DNA of 64,000 bases from Eledone cirrhosa (lineage: Eukaryota): NCBI GenBank assembly GCA_964016885.1, contig CAXHJY010000604.1, positions 7,394 through 71,393 of the forward strand, given 5' to 3'. The position numbers were made by a program, and so were the translations under genes. Below are positions 38,713 to 52,713 of this stretch, piece by piece. Each line of letters begins with the position of its first letter. Position 1 is the stretch's first letter. The notes beneath the pieces are model-generated. The model was not told the origin of the DNA. It searched no databases and worked only from the letters and a program-made list of their open reading frames with translations.

Positions 38713-41700
38713 GTAAGTAGTTTTGGTTTACTATTTTAGGATTTTTCTAAATTACCAACTACTTTCCTACTAACATTTTGAATTAAACCTTTCATTATCA
38801 TATTTCTAATAAAAGACTCTGATTATGATTTTCCAATTATTTTGAAAATAAGAATTTGGAAGGACTTAGTAATATAACAACTTCTCATTATTAAACTCGT
38901 TTTCTTTTTGTTATTTGAAGAAGGGTAGCACCCATTACCTTCCCAATCACTCTTAAACTAAGGATAAGTCTACTTTGGGGAAATTTTATTTATAGTACCC
39001 ACCGTTTTATTTTTACTGTATAGTAGCCAGAATAAAAACGGTGGAAAAATTTCTGTGAGCTACTACTTCTGCTGGCAATGAAGGGATTCTTTGTCCAATG
39101 GAAGGGTAGATTTTATGATGCCTGCATATGAAGTGTGATGTTGTATAGTTGCCAGTTATGGAGATTGGTATTGAATGAAGAGAATGTGTGTAGATAGAAA
39201 TGAGGTGAGTTTTTCATGTCATATTTTTTTGTAAAAAGATGGGTCTTATACACGAGTATGTACAGTCTAATTTATCTGAGATGTTTGATCATATGTGCTT
39301 CTTTTAAAATAAACATTCTCATGATGGAAGAGTCAGTAAGTGTTCAGAGCAAGAATACATTATAGTTCTCAAAGGAAAGCTAATCTCCTCTGTGTAGATT
39401 GTAGGTTATGTTGAGGATATAGGCTTAATAGAAAACTAGAGCTTGATCTTTATTGTGTAAGTTGTTCATGAGTAGAAATATGGTGCTGCTGTAACTCTGT
39501 GTTGTGTTTGGAATTTCTGTGTAATTGAATCCTATCACAGTAGATTTTCAATATTTTGGCATTTTTTTTTACTGGTTATGCAGTTACCCTTCCTATCACT
39601 AACCACTTTACATCATGAACTAAATGTGTTTATGGTGCTACCAACACTAGAAGGATTGTCTGTCAGGACTGAAGTGTCCTCTCTACACTGTGTCAGTTTT
39701 TATTCAGAATTAGTGCTCCCCTAGATAGGTTTCTTTCTTTACAACTTATGGAGTCTTTTCTGGGCAGTTTTTATATGGAGTTACTACTTTTCTGGATGGG
39801 TTGTTCTTCATGTAAGTTTTTATTTGGAGTTACTGCTCTCTTAGACATGTTGCTTCCATTGCGACTTGCAGAGTCCATGTCTGTCCTGATAATGTAGGAA
39901 ATCATTATTATAAGAATGAGACTGATGTATGTTTGGAATAATAGAGTGGAATTAATAATTATCAGTGTTAGAATAAATGTGATTGTCAGTAGGGGTAAGA
40001 AGTTCATTATATAGAATGGAGGAGTGAGGCAATGGGAGAGGTTTTCAGACAATGCTATGTTGGTAGATGAAGTTAAGTAGCTCCATCTATGGTCAATAAG
40101 AAAGCTACTCATCAAGTTAAGAAACTGTAACTGTTCATAGGAAGTTAATCTAACTACAATATTTTCTTGTTGAAGGGTTTTTGATCGTTTCTAGAGCTGT
40201 GATTTATTGATAATCTAATATAGAATTGCAGTTTACTCATTGATGTAATAACATTTTAGAAACTGTACTAGAAATTACTGAAAGATTGAAGTGGTTGCAA
40301 ACTATCATTTATAATTTCCCCATCATTTCCCTTTGTTGATGTGGGTATCTTTCAGGTAAAAGTTGTTATATAGTTTGATGAGACTGGTTATGCAGTTTAT
40401 TCAAGTTAACTCTTAATATCCTATACTGCATGAAACCACACTAAAAAGACGTTCTTGAAAAGTACAAAACATCACTATAACTGTATTATATTAAAATTAA
40501 AGTCTTTATTTTAGTTCACTGCAAATTTTCACAACAATCAGTTCACTAGTAAAGATACTACAATCATTTGAATTAACAAACCTATTTTTAGATATTTTCT
40601 GCTAAATCATTTTTGGATGTTAAGTGTTAATGTTTGATGATAATGATTTGAATGAGAATTTATTTCTTTGCGTGAAAAGAACCAAGAAGTTGCCATATTT
40701 GTCAACCAGGTTCGAGGATATATGAGTATATTTTTTCAGAAGGGATTGGATGTACATATGCCAAATGATGTTTAGGGGAAAATTAGAAATAAATAGATTT
40801 TTACATTCCTAAAGAAAGGGTAGACAATAGATTTTGAAGCTGTTTTCTTATCAGAATAAAAGGCTTCGTGGAAACATTAGTTTACAAAATATTAAACTGC
40901 TTTAGTGTAGTGTAGTTTAATGAGGGTTACTTTTCAGCATACTGGCAGAAATAGTGTGTCAAAGTTTGTTTTATTATATAAAATCAATTTTATAATTTTT
41001 AATACTTAGTGTACTTAATCCTTATATATTTTTGATGAAATATCTGCAGGATTTAAAAACAAAAATGTTTTCTAATTAAATTATATAATTTTTGTGATTT
41101 GTAAAATGAACATAATAAAAAGAATCAGAAATAAAGACAATAAAAGGGAAGATATGTGTCCTCAGTTGCACAATACAACAGAGAATGTTGGTGTTTTTTC
41201 TCTAAAGGGATATCACTGACACTCTTACTATGAAGTGTCCCAGAACATCTACTGTATACAAAGTCCTTTCCCTTTAGTCTGCTTGCTATCTCTTATGTAC
41301 CCATATCTTTCATTGTTTTTAAAATTAGTTCAAACACATCCATGGGGTTAGTAGCTCCACTTGAGTACCAAACTGATCTGTTGGTAACCTGTCCAATCCT
41401 TGTTAGCAGAGAAAGTGGATGTTAAACAATAATGATGACATTGGTAGTGTCTGTCATTAGAAATATAGTAACAAAACGGTTACCATGGAACAATTGGGAG
41501 TAATATAATGTGAAGGATTATGACGTTGGTGTCACCAAACATTATTCTCTCTCTCTGATGTCCAAAAGACTGGTTATGTGATGTTCTTTCAGGAATGTGG
41601 TAGTACATGACAATATCACAAGCATTTTAGGTTGAATCTATTCAACTAGAAAAGAAAACTGTGATGAGATGGTCTATAAACAAGATGGTTTCACTACACA

Positions 41701-43639
41701 AGAACTATGAAGGCAACTGGATGTTTCTAGACATAATACATATATGCAAGAGGGTACTTCATTGATGTAGTTATGTAAGGTGAACATATGAAATATATGA
41801 ATACTACACATCTGTTGTTTACAAGTGTGAGAAATGATAATTCCAGCCAGATCTGATCAAAGCTGACTTAAGTGGTCCTCATATTTATCAACAAGCTTCT
41901 CTCACCTAGGTTTCCCTAGCTCAAAAGAAATGAAAACTAGTATATTTAAGGTAGCTAGGTGCAGGATTTGTCAACACTGTTAGACTTAAAAGCCTTAATA
42001 GTGTGCTTAATGGCTATTGACTCCATCTTGAGGTCATCTATCCTTGTAAATAACAAGTATTGTTGTTTTTTATATCAGGGTGTTCACCTACCCTCTTACA
42101 CCTCAGGATGAAAAGCTAGAGTGGGATTTGCCAGTTTAGTCACCGATGGCCTAACCATGACACAGTTACTACTGGTTTATATGATCCGCAACAACAGATC
42201 TCACATCACCTGACATATATAAGAAGCAGAAAAGAAGTGATATTTGGTAGTAGAAGGTCCTCATAAATAATTAAATCACACCTTAAAATATTGGGTTCCA
42301 CAGTGATATGAAGATATCACTGCCACTGAAACATTGGGTAGCCACAGTCAATGGTGATGATAATGAGGATATAACTGCCACTGAAACCTGAAACATTGGG
42401 CAACCACAGCTCTGTTTATAAAGGCTATGGGACAGGTAACATTTTCTGCAGTGCACACCAATCCAATCCATCAAATAGATACTACAGTAATGATAGTATG
42501 ATTGTATAAATATACTCAACTTGGGGTCCTTTTTGAGACAGTGTTTTATGGTTGGATCCCCTTTCTGGTGGTAATCTCTTAAGTTGTCCTTTAGGACATG
42601 GTATACCTATTCTAAACTGGACACATGTATCTGAATGTGGAGCAGCAGAGAAGGCTGGAGAGAACAAAAATGGGAATGGTTCGATGGATGAGTGGAGTAT
42701 TATTCAGAAGTAGGAAGACAATGAATTATAGAGCTTGTGATGAATGTTGTGAAGAGAAATGGAATGAGATGGCTGGGCTATGTGTTGAGGAGGGATGGAA
42801 GTGACTGGATGAAAGGAATATAACCAGTGATGAATGTTATGAAGAGAAATGGAACGAGGTGGTTATGTTGTGTGTTAAGGAAGGAGAAAAGTAACTGGGT
42901 GATAGAAATGATGGAAATAAATCTGTTAAGGAGTAGGGAAAGGGAAATACCAAGAAAGATGGCTAAAAATGGAGGAGGAGGAAATAAAAGCCAGCAGGTT
43001 GGTGTGTGAAGATGCAGACAATAGGGTAAAACGAGGAAGCTTGTTATAAGGACTGCATGGCTATCTCCTGTTTTAGCAAAGAAAATGACTACAAAACATT
43101 TGTTGGTTGTTGATAATAGTGAGTAATGATACTGATTTAAGTCAGCCTAGTGGTTCATTAATTTTGAATATAAAACTTCTCAAAGGTATTGTGAAGGAAA
43201 GAAAATACTACTTCCTCATTTCTAATTAGTTTCTTAGCTAAAGTGCACACCATTTTCATTATACAGTTGAGTGATTAGCATTGCAGTAGATCTTGAACTA
43301 TAAAATGCCTTCACTACTGACACAAGTGTCTGGTCTGGAGGCCTTTTTTTAAATTTTTTTTTATTATATAGCAAGAAACTTTATAGAGTAATTGTCAAAA
43401 ACAACAGTCTAACCTATGCTAGTGTGGTAAATGGACGTTAAACGGTGATGATGATGAACAGAGAAGTACTATAAACCTTACAAATGGGGAAACACTTTGT
43501 AACTAACAGAAACAGTTAAAATGTAACTAATTATGCTAATTAGTTCATTTGCATACTAATGAACATCTGGATAAATGGTAAAGATCTGACTTCGTGTAAG
43601 GGTTACCATTTACCAGAATCATCCGAACTATTAAAATTA

Positions 43640-45770
43640 CCCCAATCCTATCAGATAATTATACCAGAAATAGCTAACTGAGATTGTCAGTATCATCACC
43701 ACTACTGCTTTTATCATGTGTCACTCATCTTCTCATAGAACCCATAGAAATCACTGATAAAATGACAAATAAACCAAAACCTGACAGGAAACTTTCATTA
43801 TCAATGCCTGATAACCATAAGATGTTATCTACAACATTATAAGCACAAGTCAAAACAAGAAATGCTGGAAATTTTGGAGGAGGAGAGTATGAAAGCTAAG
43901 GGAGCTCTCTGATAAATGGAAGTTTAGAAAAGCTCTACATAATGCAATTGACATAGAATTCAACTGGAAGTTTCTAGATAATCTGCTACAGGCTACTGAT
44001 TAGATGTCTGGCTGGAGTAAAGCACCATCTAGATAGAAGGGAACCTGGTGGTGGAGCAACACTGTGGAAAGACTGGAAAAATAGAGACAGCGAAAATCAA
44101 TACCAGGTAGCTAGAAGAGAAGCTAGATGATAGGTATATTTAGCATCAGAGAAGTTGAAAGTAGGCAGTTTGCTAATGTCTTGGGGCATGAGGATCTGTG
44201 ACGTAAGGTGTTCCACATCATAAAGCAGTCCAAAATGATCCTGCTGCGCTTATCTTCACAAGCACTCAAAAGAAAGAGGCTTGGAAACGCTATTACGAGA
44301 GGTAAATGAATGTGGAGAATGATTAGGAGAAACAGAGGAACCAGCTATCGAAATTGACAGTTATAGGGTTAAAGAAGCAATCAAGAGAATGAAAGATGGT
44401 AAAGTTGCCAGGCCATCAGAGATACTTGCTGAGATGCTGAAATCCTCTGAGAAAGTAAGAGTCAAATAAGTCTCCTGCATAATCAATCAGGTAACACATG
44501 ATGGGGCTATACCCAATGATTGGCATAGCAGTATACTCATTAATTGTTACAAGAGAAAAGTTGATGTACTATAAAGGTGTAACCATAGGGGCATAAAACT
44601 GATGTATAAAGTTATAATAGTGACAGAAAGAGACTTAACACAGTTAATTAGGGAAAGAGAGGTAAATTATATGAAATACAGTTTGGTTTTATGTCTAGGA
44701 GGAGCACCACAGATGCCCTCTTCTTAGTGAGACGGTTATAAGAGAAGTTGTTAGCTAAATGTAAGGCACTATATTTAGCTTTCATGGACCTGGAGAAGGC
44801 CTTTGACAGAGTACCCCAATCTGTCATTTGGTGGTCCCTAAGGAGACTAGACTTAGATGGATAGTTTGTGAGTAGCATTGCAATCCATGTTCAGAGAAAT
44901 TGTCAGTAAAGTGAGAGTAGTAATGAGTTTAATGAGGAATTTAAGGTACAGGTAGGAGTTTATTAGGGTTCAGTCCTCAGCCTACTCTTATTTATTATAG
45001 TTTTCCAGGCCATAACAGAGGAATTTAAGACTGGTTGTCAATAGGAACTTCTATATGCCGAAGAGTGGAAGAGTTAGTGAAGAAACTCTAGCTTTGGAAA
45101 CAGAAATTTGAATCAAAAGAGTACAGGAAAATGTCCTTACTCAATATCTAGAACAAGAGTAGGTAGAAATTGTAAAAGATATACACAACATCAATTTTGG
45201 GTACACAAGAGGTGTAGTGGGGTAGCAGGTAGACTAACAGAAATGTTAAACTTCATATGTAACAGATACATAAGGATAGTTGATAGTAAGAGCATTATTA
45301 AAATAAACTTTTTCCAATTCCAGAAATGTTCCATAGAAGAGATTGATAGCTTCTGCTATCTAGGTGATCTAATTAACAGTGGAAAATGTTGTTCTAAGAG
45401 CATAGTAGCAAAAATAAGAGCAGGATGAAAAAAGTTCAGGGAGCTATTACTTCTGTTGCCAATAACATTTTTCACTCTATGAATGAAAGGCTGGTTGATG
45501 ATGCCTGTGTGTAATGTGTGATGTTGCATGGTAAAAAGACATGGGCAGTGAATTCAGAGGATGTGCAAAGAGAAATTAAGTAAGGATGCTCTGATGGATG
45601 GGTAATGTTAATATGTGTGAACAACAAAGCATAGATGAACTTTGAAAAAAGGTGGGTAGAAGAGAAATCAAATGTAGTGTGTAGGAGAGAAGACTGTACT
45701 GGTATGGACATGTGATGAGTGTGGATGACGATTGTTAGGTAAAGAAGTGCCAGGAAATCCCAGTTGAAGG
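43640..45770 (+). mobile_element. Heavily decayed RTE LINE ORF (RT domain)
   Basis: QFGFMSRRSTTDALF, YLAFMDLEKAFDRVP, QGSVLS-like, LLYA, WVHKRCSG and LYWYGHVM motifs with many stops. Confidence 0.88.
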
Positions 45771-45774
45771 AATG

Positions 45775-46130
45775 TGTCTAACACTCGTGGGCTTGCCTAA
45801 AAAGTCAGAAAACAGCACAGTTCCCATGATTTTCGGAAACATTTTTTCATACTCAGAGTTGCTGAAGCATGGAACAAACTACCTACATCGGTTGTTAGTT
45901 GTCAGGACACTGCATCATTTAAAGCCTCCGTGCTTCTCGAATTTGTCAACACTACACCTGACATTCCGCCTCCACACACATGCACACATGTATCTGTGTG
46001 TATATCATGACTCGTACACTGTTCACTTTCCCGACATTTGTACATTATTCTATGTACTATACATGTACCTTTAGTGAGTTGTAGTGCACCTGAGCACTGT
46101 ACACAATAATTTCATTATTATTATTATCAT
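45775..46130 (+). mobile_element. 3' end of the same CR1 family (another copy at ~50500-50610, minus)
   Basis: KHFF..RVAEAWNKLP, and a 3' UTR of the same pattern as 16882-17230. Confidence 0.88.
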
Positions 46131-46239
46131 TAAAACATTGGTGGAAGTGGTGAGGGCTGATTTGCTAGCCTATCAAGAAGAGTGCTACATCTTTAGGCTG
46201 ATATATCTGCCCCGTAGTCTTTTAGGCTACGTTATTGAG

Positions 46240-46440
46240 GTGTGGCCTACTGGTTAGGGTGTTGGATTTACCATTGTAATGCCATGGGTTCGATTCCTAG
46301 ACTGGATGACTTATGTTCTTGAGCAAAACACTTCATATCACATTGCTCCACTCCACTCAACAGAAAATGGGTACCAGCAGTAGCTGGGGGTTAGCCCTGT
46401 TTAACACCAATGAAACCAAGATAAACACAGGCTTGAGACT
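46240..46440 (+). mobile_element. tRNA-derived SINE family C (other copies ~4780-4960(-), 11140-11300(-), 56175-56420)
   Basis: tggcctactggttagggtgttgg..ggttcgattcc..cttgagcaa..cacattgctcca.tccactca..aaatgggtacc. Confidence 0.72.
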
Positions 46441-46675
46441 AACTTAAACTTATTTTTCTTATTGAGGTAGATATATTGGTCTTGTGGCACTATAAGGGTT
46501 AAACAATTTTTTATTTTTTTAAATTGAGGTTTTAAGAAAAAGTTTTAATGAAAACTTAAATCTGTTGTTCACAAGTTGCTATTGGCTTGAATAATGCTGG
46601 ATTATGATGATTTAGTTTTAATTACAATAATGTTATTTAATTGTCTTTATTTTAATAATTTGTTTTATATTCCAG

Positions 46676-46832
46676 AATTCCTTATTACCACCATCACAGA
46701 GATGCCGAGATCAAACATCCAAACTTCCTACTGGACCCCTCAATAGAAAGAAGTTATTAGCATTCCTTGAAAAGAAAGCCAAAGAGGAGAAAGACTGGGA
46801 AGAAGCTAAGCCCTACACTGGAGAGAAAAAAG
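46676..46832 (+). CDS. Tmod: Tropomodulin exon (NSLLPPSQRCRDQTSKLPTGPLNRKKLLAFLEKKAKEEKDWEEAKPYTGEKKG)
   Basis: ttccag acceptor, G|gttggg donor. Has the hallmark LLP--QR-RDQT-K-PTGP--R--LL--LE and PYTGEK-G motifs. Confidence 0.95.
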
Positions 46833-46884
46833 GTTGGGAATATGTAGTTTATTGTCAGAAATAATCCACCAAAGATTCTGTTGG

Positions 46885-47105
46885 AATGTTCTATTGGATG
46901 TGTAATGTTAGTAGTGTACTTGAACAACAAAGCAGAGATGTGTTAAGAGAAAAACTAGGTATAAGAGGAATCATATGTAGTGTGCAGGAGAGAAGATTGC
47001 ACTGGTATGGATATGTAGCATGTACAGATGATTGTTGTTGGGTGAAGAAGTGCCAAGTGTTACAAGTGGAAGGGAGATGTAGTAGAGGTAGACCAAGGAA
47101 CACAA
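46885..47105 (+). mobile_element. RTE LINE fragment immediately after tropomodulin exon
   Basis: WMCNVS..LREKLGIRGI..ERRLHWYGYV..GRPR. Confidence 0.85.
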
Positions 47106-47643
47106 AGAAGAAGGACAAGAGAAGAAGTACGGTGCTGAAGAGGACTTGTTTAAACCAAGTGAACATGGAAAAATAGGCTTAAAATGATATTTTATAATAA
47201 CTGCTTAGAAAAGTACATGTATAAGTTATTGGGTGTTGGCAGACCTGGTAGAAAGCTTGCCAAACAAAAGGCTGGAGGACCCCTCAGTCATGTCAAGGAT
47301 ATGAGAGCTTCCCTAGTGTTGGTGATCTACATGAAAAACGCACCTAATACACACTGTAAAGTGATTGGTGATAGGAAGGGTATCCAGCCATAGAAAGCTT
47401 GCTAAACAAAGGGTTGGCAGGACCCTCAGTTGTGTGAAAGACATGACAACCTCTCCTGTGCACTCTGTAGAACATGAATCGTACATCAACAAGACATACC
47501 CCTGGTTTATCTGGGAGATTAGCAGCCCTGCTTCAGGAGTGACAGTCTCTGTATTCACATTTTATTATTTTATTTACATTTTTGTCATGTTTTAAACATT
47601 TAAAAATCTTATTAATTGTCTTTTGTCTCATTTTGCTTCACAG

Positions 47644-47763
47644 GTAAAGCCTATGTTCCTAAGGAACCTCCGAAGATTGAAAATATTGTAGATGAGGAAG
47701 TTCAAACTGAATGGGATGATATTTTATCTAAAGCTACTGAAGAAGAACTGGTAGATTTAGCAG
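47644..47763 (+). CDS. Tmod: Tropomodulin exon (KAYVPKEPPKIENIVDEEVQTEWDDILSKATEEELVDLA)
   Basis: cacag acceptor, G|gtaaac donor, phases 1/1. Contains the L--ATEEEL-DLA second tropomyosin-binding motif. Confidence 0.95.
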
Positions 47764-48740
47764 GTAAACTATCCACTTATTTATGGCTAACATTGTAATA
47801 TTGCTGTCATCACATTAAATCGCTTAATTTTTCTTGGTTTTAATGATCAAATAATTAAGTTAAAGATATAGAAGATACAATTAGCATGCAGACATGGCTG
47901 TGAATATAAGAAATTCATTCCACAACAATATGGTTTTCTGTTCTGTTCTACTGCATGGTACATTATGCAAGTGTTTTTCGATATAGCCTTTAGCCAACTA
48001 ATACATTGTTAGTGGAATTGCTACATGGAAATTGAAGAAGCCTGTCATATATATATATATATATACTAGTCCCTCCTGTAAGGTGGTCATGCTGGTGATA
48101 TGACAAAAAACACCAAGTCCATCCTGCTAGGTGGCCATTTTGGTGCCACGATAAAAAGCACCCAGTCCATGGTTAGCATTAGAAACCTAGCTAAAATACA
48201 TATCCATAGGAACATGACGTGATCACTAAATTGTCTCATAATGTGACAACCCATCTAATCATGGAGAAGGGATGTTAAATAATACTGATGATCCCTCATT
48301 GACAGAATGCCTATAGTTCAGTGATTAGACATGTGAAGATCTATACTTTGCTTTAAAAAATAAACCAAGAGAGTGTTGCCATTTGGCAGTAGCATAACAG
48401 CCTTTAACCCTTTAATGGTCAAACCGGCCAAAATTCTCTACCTTTTTCTGTTGAAACTGGTTGTAACTGGTCACTCAAACTGATGTTAAGGTATTGTTCT
48501 CAAAATAAATACTTTCAAAATCTCATAGATTCGATATTATGTGAGATAATTATGCGAGGTAAAGCATTTACCATGAAAATATAAAAGTATATATAGAGTA
48601 ATGTGAATTCTAAAGGTTAAAAGTCTAATTGAACCCATACTAGCATAAAAAAAAACAAATACATATAAAAACAGTTATGGTAATGATTTATGTAAATTTG
48701 AATTTTTAATGACAAAATGTTAAATTTCATTTCATTGTAG

Positions 48741-48824
48741 CTGTGCTTGGATTCCATGGTATGTTGAATCAAGTTCAGTTTAATGCATCCATAGAAGATA
48801 AAGAGATTGTTGGTGGATTCGCTG
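48741..48824 (+). CDS. Tmod: Tropomodulin exon (AVLGFHGMLNQVQFNASIEDKEIVGGFAG)
   Basis: ttgtag acceptor, G|gtaagt donor. Continues the A-LG-H-M-NQ-Q motif in phase. Confidence 0.93.
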
Positions 48825-49110
48825 GTAAGTAACAATGTTTTATATACTTGCTACGCTTTTTTTATTAACCTTTTCCTTGCATATTTCTAATGAAACTGTC
48901 TGTTTCAATTAATATTGAATATAATCAAAAATTTTGGGGAATTTAGTAAAATAACTTTTTCATTATTGAATTGATGTATGTAACATAACTTACATAAAAT
49001 CATGATAGAAGGTTTTAATATAAAAAAAGAGCACTTTAAAATGGGCTGTTTTTTGTATGACAGATCTAGGGGTGGTTTCAGTCAGGCTGGTATCAAAAGG
49101 GTTACATATA

Positions 49111-50362
49111 CTATTTCCTACTCGCGTATAGGTCGCCCCGGCAGATAAGTTGCATACCCACTTTTCATTTAACAAATAGGCTATTTGCCATTGACTCGCA
49201 GATAGGTCGCACTGATATTTGGGCCGTCAAACTAGTATTTTTTATGATAATTGAAACTAATAATCTGTTAGCTTTCCATTACTTCATCATTGTGATATAT
49301 ACTCCAAACCATGTTTTATTTATAAAATAAACATCGTCATCGTGATCGAAATTTCGTCAATTCAAGATTACTGCGAGATAAAGCCTTTAATCGCGAAAAT
49401 TAACTCTTAATATAGTGAAACAACTTGAAATAAAACGTGTTTTTTAATGTTGAAAGTATAACAGATTTTTTGCGTATCAACATGGCTTCCCAAAGTAGCG
49501 AATACTGACTTTGAAGGTTTTACATGCGACGACATTCAAAATCAAAAAGAAACACAAGATAATATTAGTGATTTATCTTCAAATGAATCAGACGTATTTA
49601 TTTCTGACGATGATAGTTACTTTGAAAGTGAAAGCGAAGATCTGACGGACACCATTGAAAATATTAAAGCAATGTGGTTGAAAGATACAACACCAATACA
49701 TGTTCACATCTGTTAATGAGCTTATATATTGGGAACATTCTGTTAGGTAAATTTACACCGTACATTGCAAATATTATTTTGACTGGTGAAAAGGTTTTAT
49801 ACATTTTTTTTAAAGAAAATATTTGCCTGGAATGTAGAGAAAGACTAAAATCTTGTACTGATTATATCTGCATTTTTAATTAATTCACCTGTTCGGAAAA
49901 CTGCTAGATTTCAACTATCAACTTTTCTCACTTGCTAATTTTGAAAAGAAACGCCACATACAATAATCTGTTTCCTGTTAAAGTAAATACGTCACAATAC
50001 GTGTTCATAGCAACGCTAAGACAATAAAATCACATTTTAAATACCGGGTATGCATTTCTATGGATTTTAATGACGGACGGTTTGGTCATATAGAAAAAAA
50101 CGTAAACACTACGAAGTTTTCGTAAAAAATTTAAAATCAAGAAATATATGTATAAGAAGGTAGATATATGAAATTATTATGTTAAATAATAAACAATATT
50201 AACAAAATATAAGTATTAACAAAGTTATTTTTATAAATACCCATCATTGATTAAGTCTATGAAAAATCATTGGTCAGTCTGATGTCGATCGGATAGGTCG
50301 CACCCCAAAAATTTATACTTATTTATCGTTAAAAAGGGCGACCTATACGCGAGTATATACGG
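49111..50362. mobile_element. Non-autonomous Tc1/mariner-superfamily (Tc2/pogo-type) TIR element in tropomodulin intron
   Basis: Inverted termini TACTCGCGTATAGGTCGCCC / GGGCGACCTATACGCGAGTA, the right end finishing ATACGG+TA. Subterminal GATAGGTCGCAC repeats. Confidence 0.82.
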
Positions 50363-50618
50363 TAATTCTCATCCTTTCATTGCGGTTGTCTTCCTTAGTA
50401 TGAAGAGTTCCTACTTCAATACTGTCTTTCCTTGAACATTTGCCTTATGGAACCTTTCTTCCTTCCTTCTTGTTTAACACACACACACACACATACATAT
50501 AATAATAATAATAATGAAATATTGTGTACAGTGCTCAGGTGCACTACAACTCATCAAAAAGTGTATGTCTAGTACATAGGGTGATGTACAAACATCAGGA
50601 AAATGAACACATACATAC

Positions 50619-50649
<31 letters not shown>

Positions 50650-52582
50650 AACAAACATTCGGTGAATCGAATTATGGAAATGAAGCTTTGAGGGAATATA
50701 ATGTTCATAGAAAAATGGAAAAATAAAATGTGAGAAATACCTGTTAAAACAACTGAATGCCATTAATAATAACAGTATAGAAGCTAGGTAAAAATACTCC
50801 TAAGGATGGAAAATAGTGGCCAGTGGCCACTCTGGACGAATGAATTCCATATCTTCCAACCTACTTGCCATCAAAGCTGTGAGGTCTTCACTTCTATATG
50901 CCAACACACTCCTCTCTTAATCATCTGTACTTTCTTCCTGTCCCTTTTAGCTTCTTCTCTTTTCACAGCTACCGCTTCTGGAAGATATGGAATTTGTTTC
51001 TCTGTAGCGGCTACTAGCCACTATTTTCCAAACTTAGGGGTGTTTTTACCCAACTTCCATGCTATTATTATTAACAGCATTCGGCTGTTTTAACAGCTAG
51101 TTCTTGCATTTGAGTTTCCCATTATCAAGACAGTGGTGTTTTGATAATTGTTTCTACTTTTGGCACAAGACCAGCAATTACCCCAGTGCATTACTGGTGC
51201 TTTAGCGCTGTTTTAATAATTGTTTCTATTTTTGGCACAAGGCCAGCAATTATCCAGTACATTACTGGTACTTTATTTTATCGACCCCGTAAGGATGAAA
51301 GGCAAAGAACCATCAGTCAGAAACAGTTGACTGTGGGCAGATTACCCACTCCTGTTACTGCTGGAATCCACCTGGTGGCACTAGCCATCAGCTTCCAAAA
51401 TTCATAGCTAAAAGGCTTTCAAATTTTTTATTCATAAACATACCCTATATCATTAGATATATAAATACACATACCTATATTTAAATATTTTCTTTTATTC
51501 TACTTATTCTTCTTCTTGGTTAAATATATTTCTTCAAGTACCTTTCCAAATATATGTTTATTATCTGAAAACACATTGGTAGAGCATCGGGCACCATGCT
51601 TTGCAGCATTTAAGTTCTGAGTTCAAATACCGCCATGGTTAGCTTTGCCTTTCATCCTTACAGGGTCGATAAAATAACGCACTGGGGGTCAATTTGATTG
51701 ACTTTCATTGACTTGTGCCTAAATTAGAAACCATTATCTGAAAACACATGTATATAATTACAAAATTTACATTTTGTAAACTTCGTTTTGGTTATATGGT
51801 AGACGTTGCCAATTTTAGACTCTACTTTATGTGAAACATCAACTCAGTTGAAACTTGACATTATCTGTTGTTATGTGGAGTTCATACATGCATTCTTGCA
51901 GTATTTGTTTTGACTCATTGCATTCTGAATTCAACTTCTGCAGTGACCTACTTGGGTGGTAGACTTAATCCATTGTCTGGTTTAACACCGCTATCTAACC
52001 TTTGGATGGCTTTAGCAGAGTCCACTCTGTTGCAAATCTCCAACTTGAAACTATTTTTCTTCTCTCCCACCTATCTTGAAGACCCTGGAAAGTATCATGG
52101 GCACTGCTCTTCCTTCCTTTTTTTAAATAGTAATAAAAAAAAGTACCTACTATAAGAAAATTACCTACTTCCGTTTTTTTAATAAAGATCAATATTAAAT
52201 GTAATATAAGAAAGTAGGGATCTTTTCTTCTATGTGTCCTTTTAACTTTGTTTCTGCATACTTAAAACAAATCTGTATACATATTTCTAAATTACATATA
52301 AAGTTGTTATTAATACAGTTGTATATAAAAATTGTAATAATTATGAACATTGGAAAAACCTGAGATTTTAAATGTAATCATCCCAATGTAAATGACTATA
52401 AATAATAGTTTTAAAAAATTGTGTATGGGGATGACAAAAACTGGACCCCCAGTTACTTTACCTGATTTTCTTAACTATTATTCATAGTGCTTGACCTTTC
52501 TATTGTCATTCACATTGGGTCAACTACATTTCAAATTGTAATATATATGTTTATTATCTTCTTTTTATGTTTCTCAATAAAG

Positions 52583-52713
52583 GCGTTGCCAAAGCTGAGG
52601 ATTTAAGAGTTTTCGAAGAATTGACTCCTAATACTACTGACTATGAAGAAAGTTTAAAAAGACTGAGGGATAATGATCCAAAGTTGAAGCATCTTAATCT
52701 TAACAATATTAAG
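52583..52713 (+). CDS. Tmod: Tropomodulin exon (VAKAEDLRVFEELTPNTTDYEESLKRLRDNDPKLKHLNLNNIK), start of LRR domain
   Basis: Unusual aataaag acceptor and AAG|gcaaga (GC) donor. Has PN-T--EESL-R---NDP-L---NLNNIK, and the phases fit both neighbours. Confidence 0.93.

Noticed and set aside
39700-40400. Possible Penelope-like remnant (minus)
   Set aside because: Too degenerate to support with recognisable motifs by eye.
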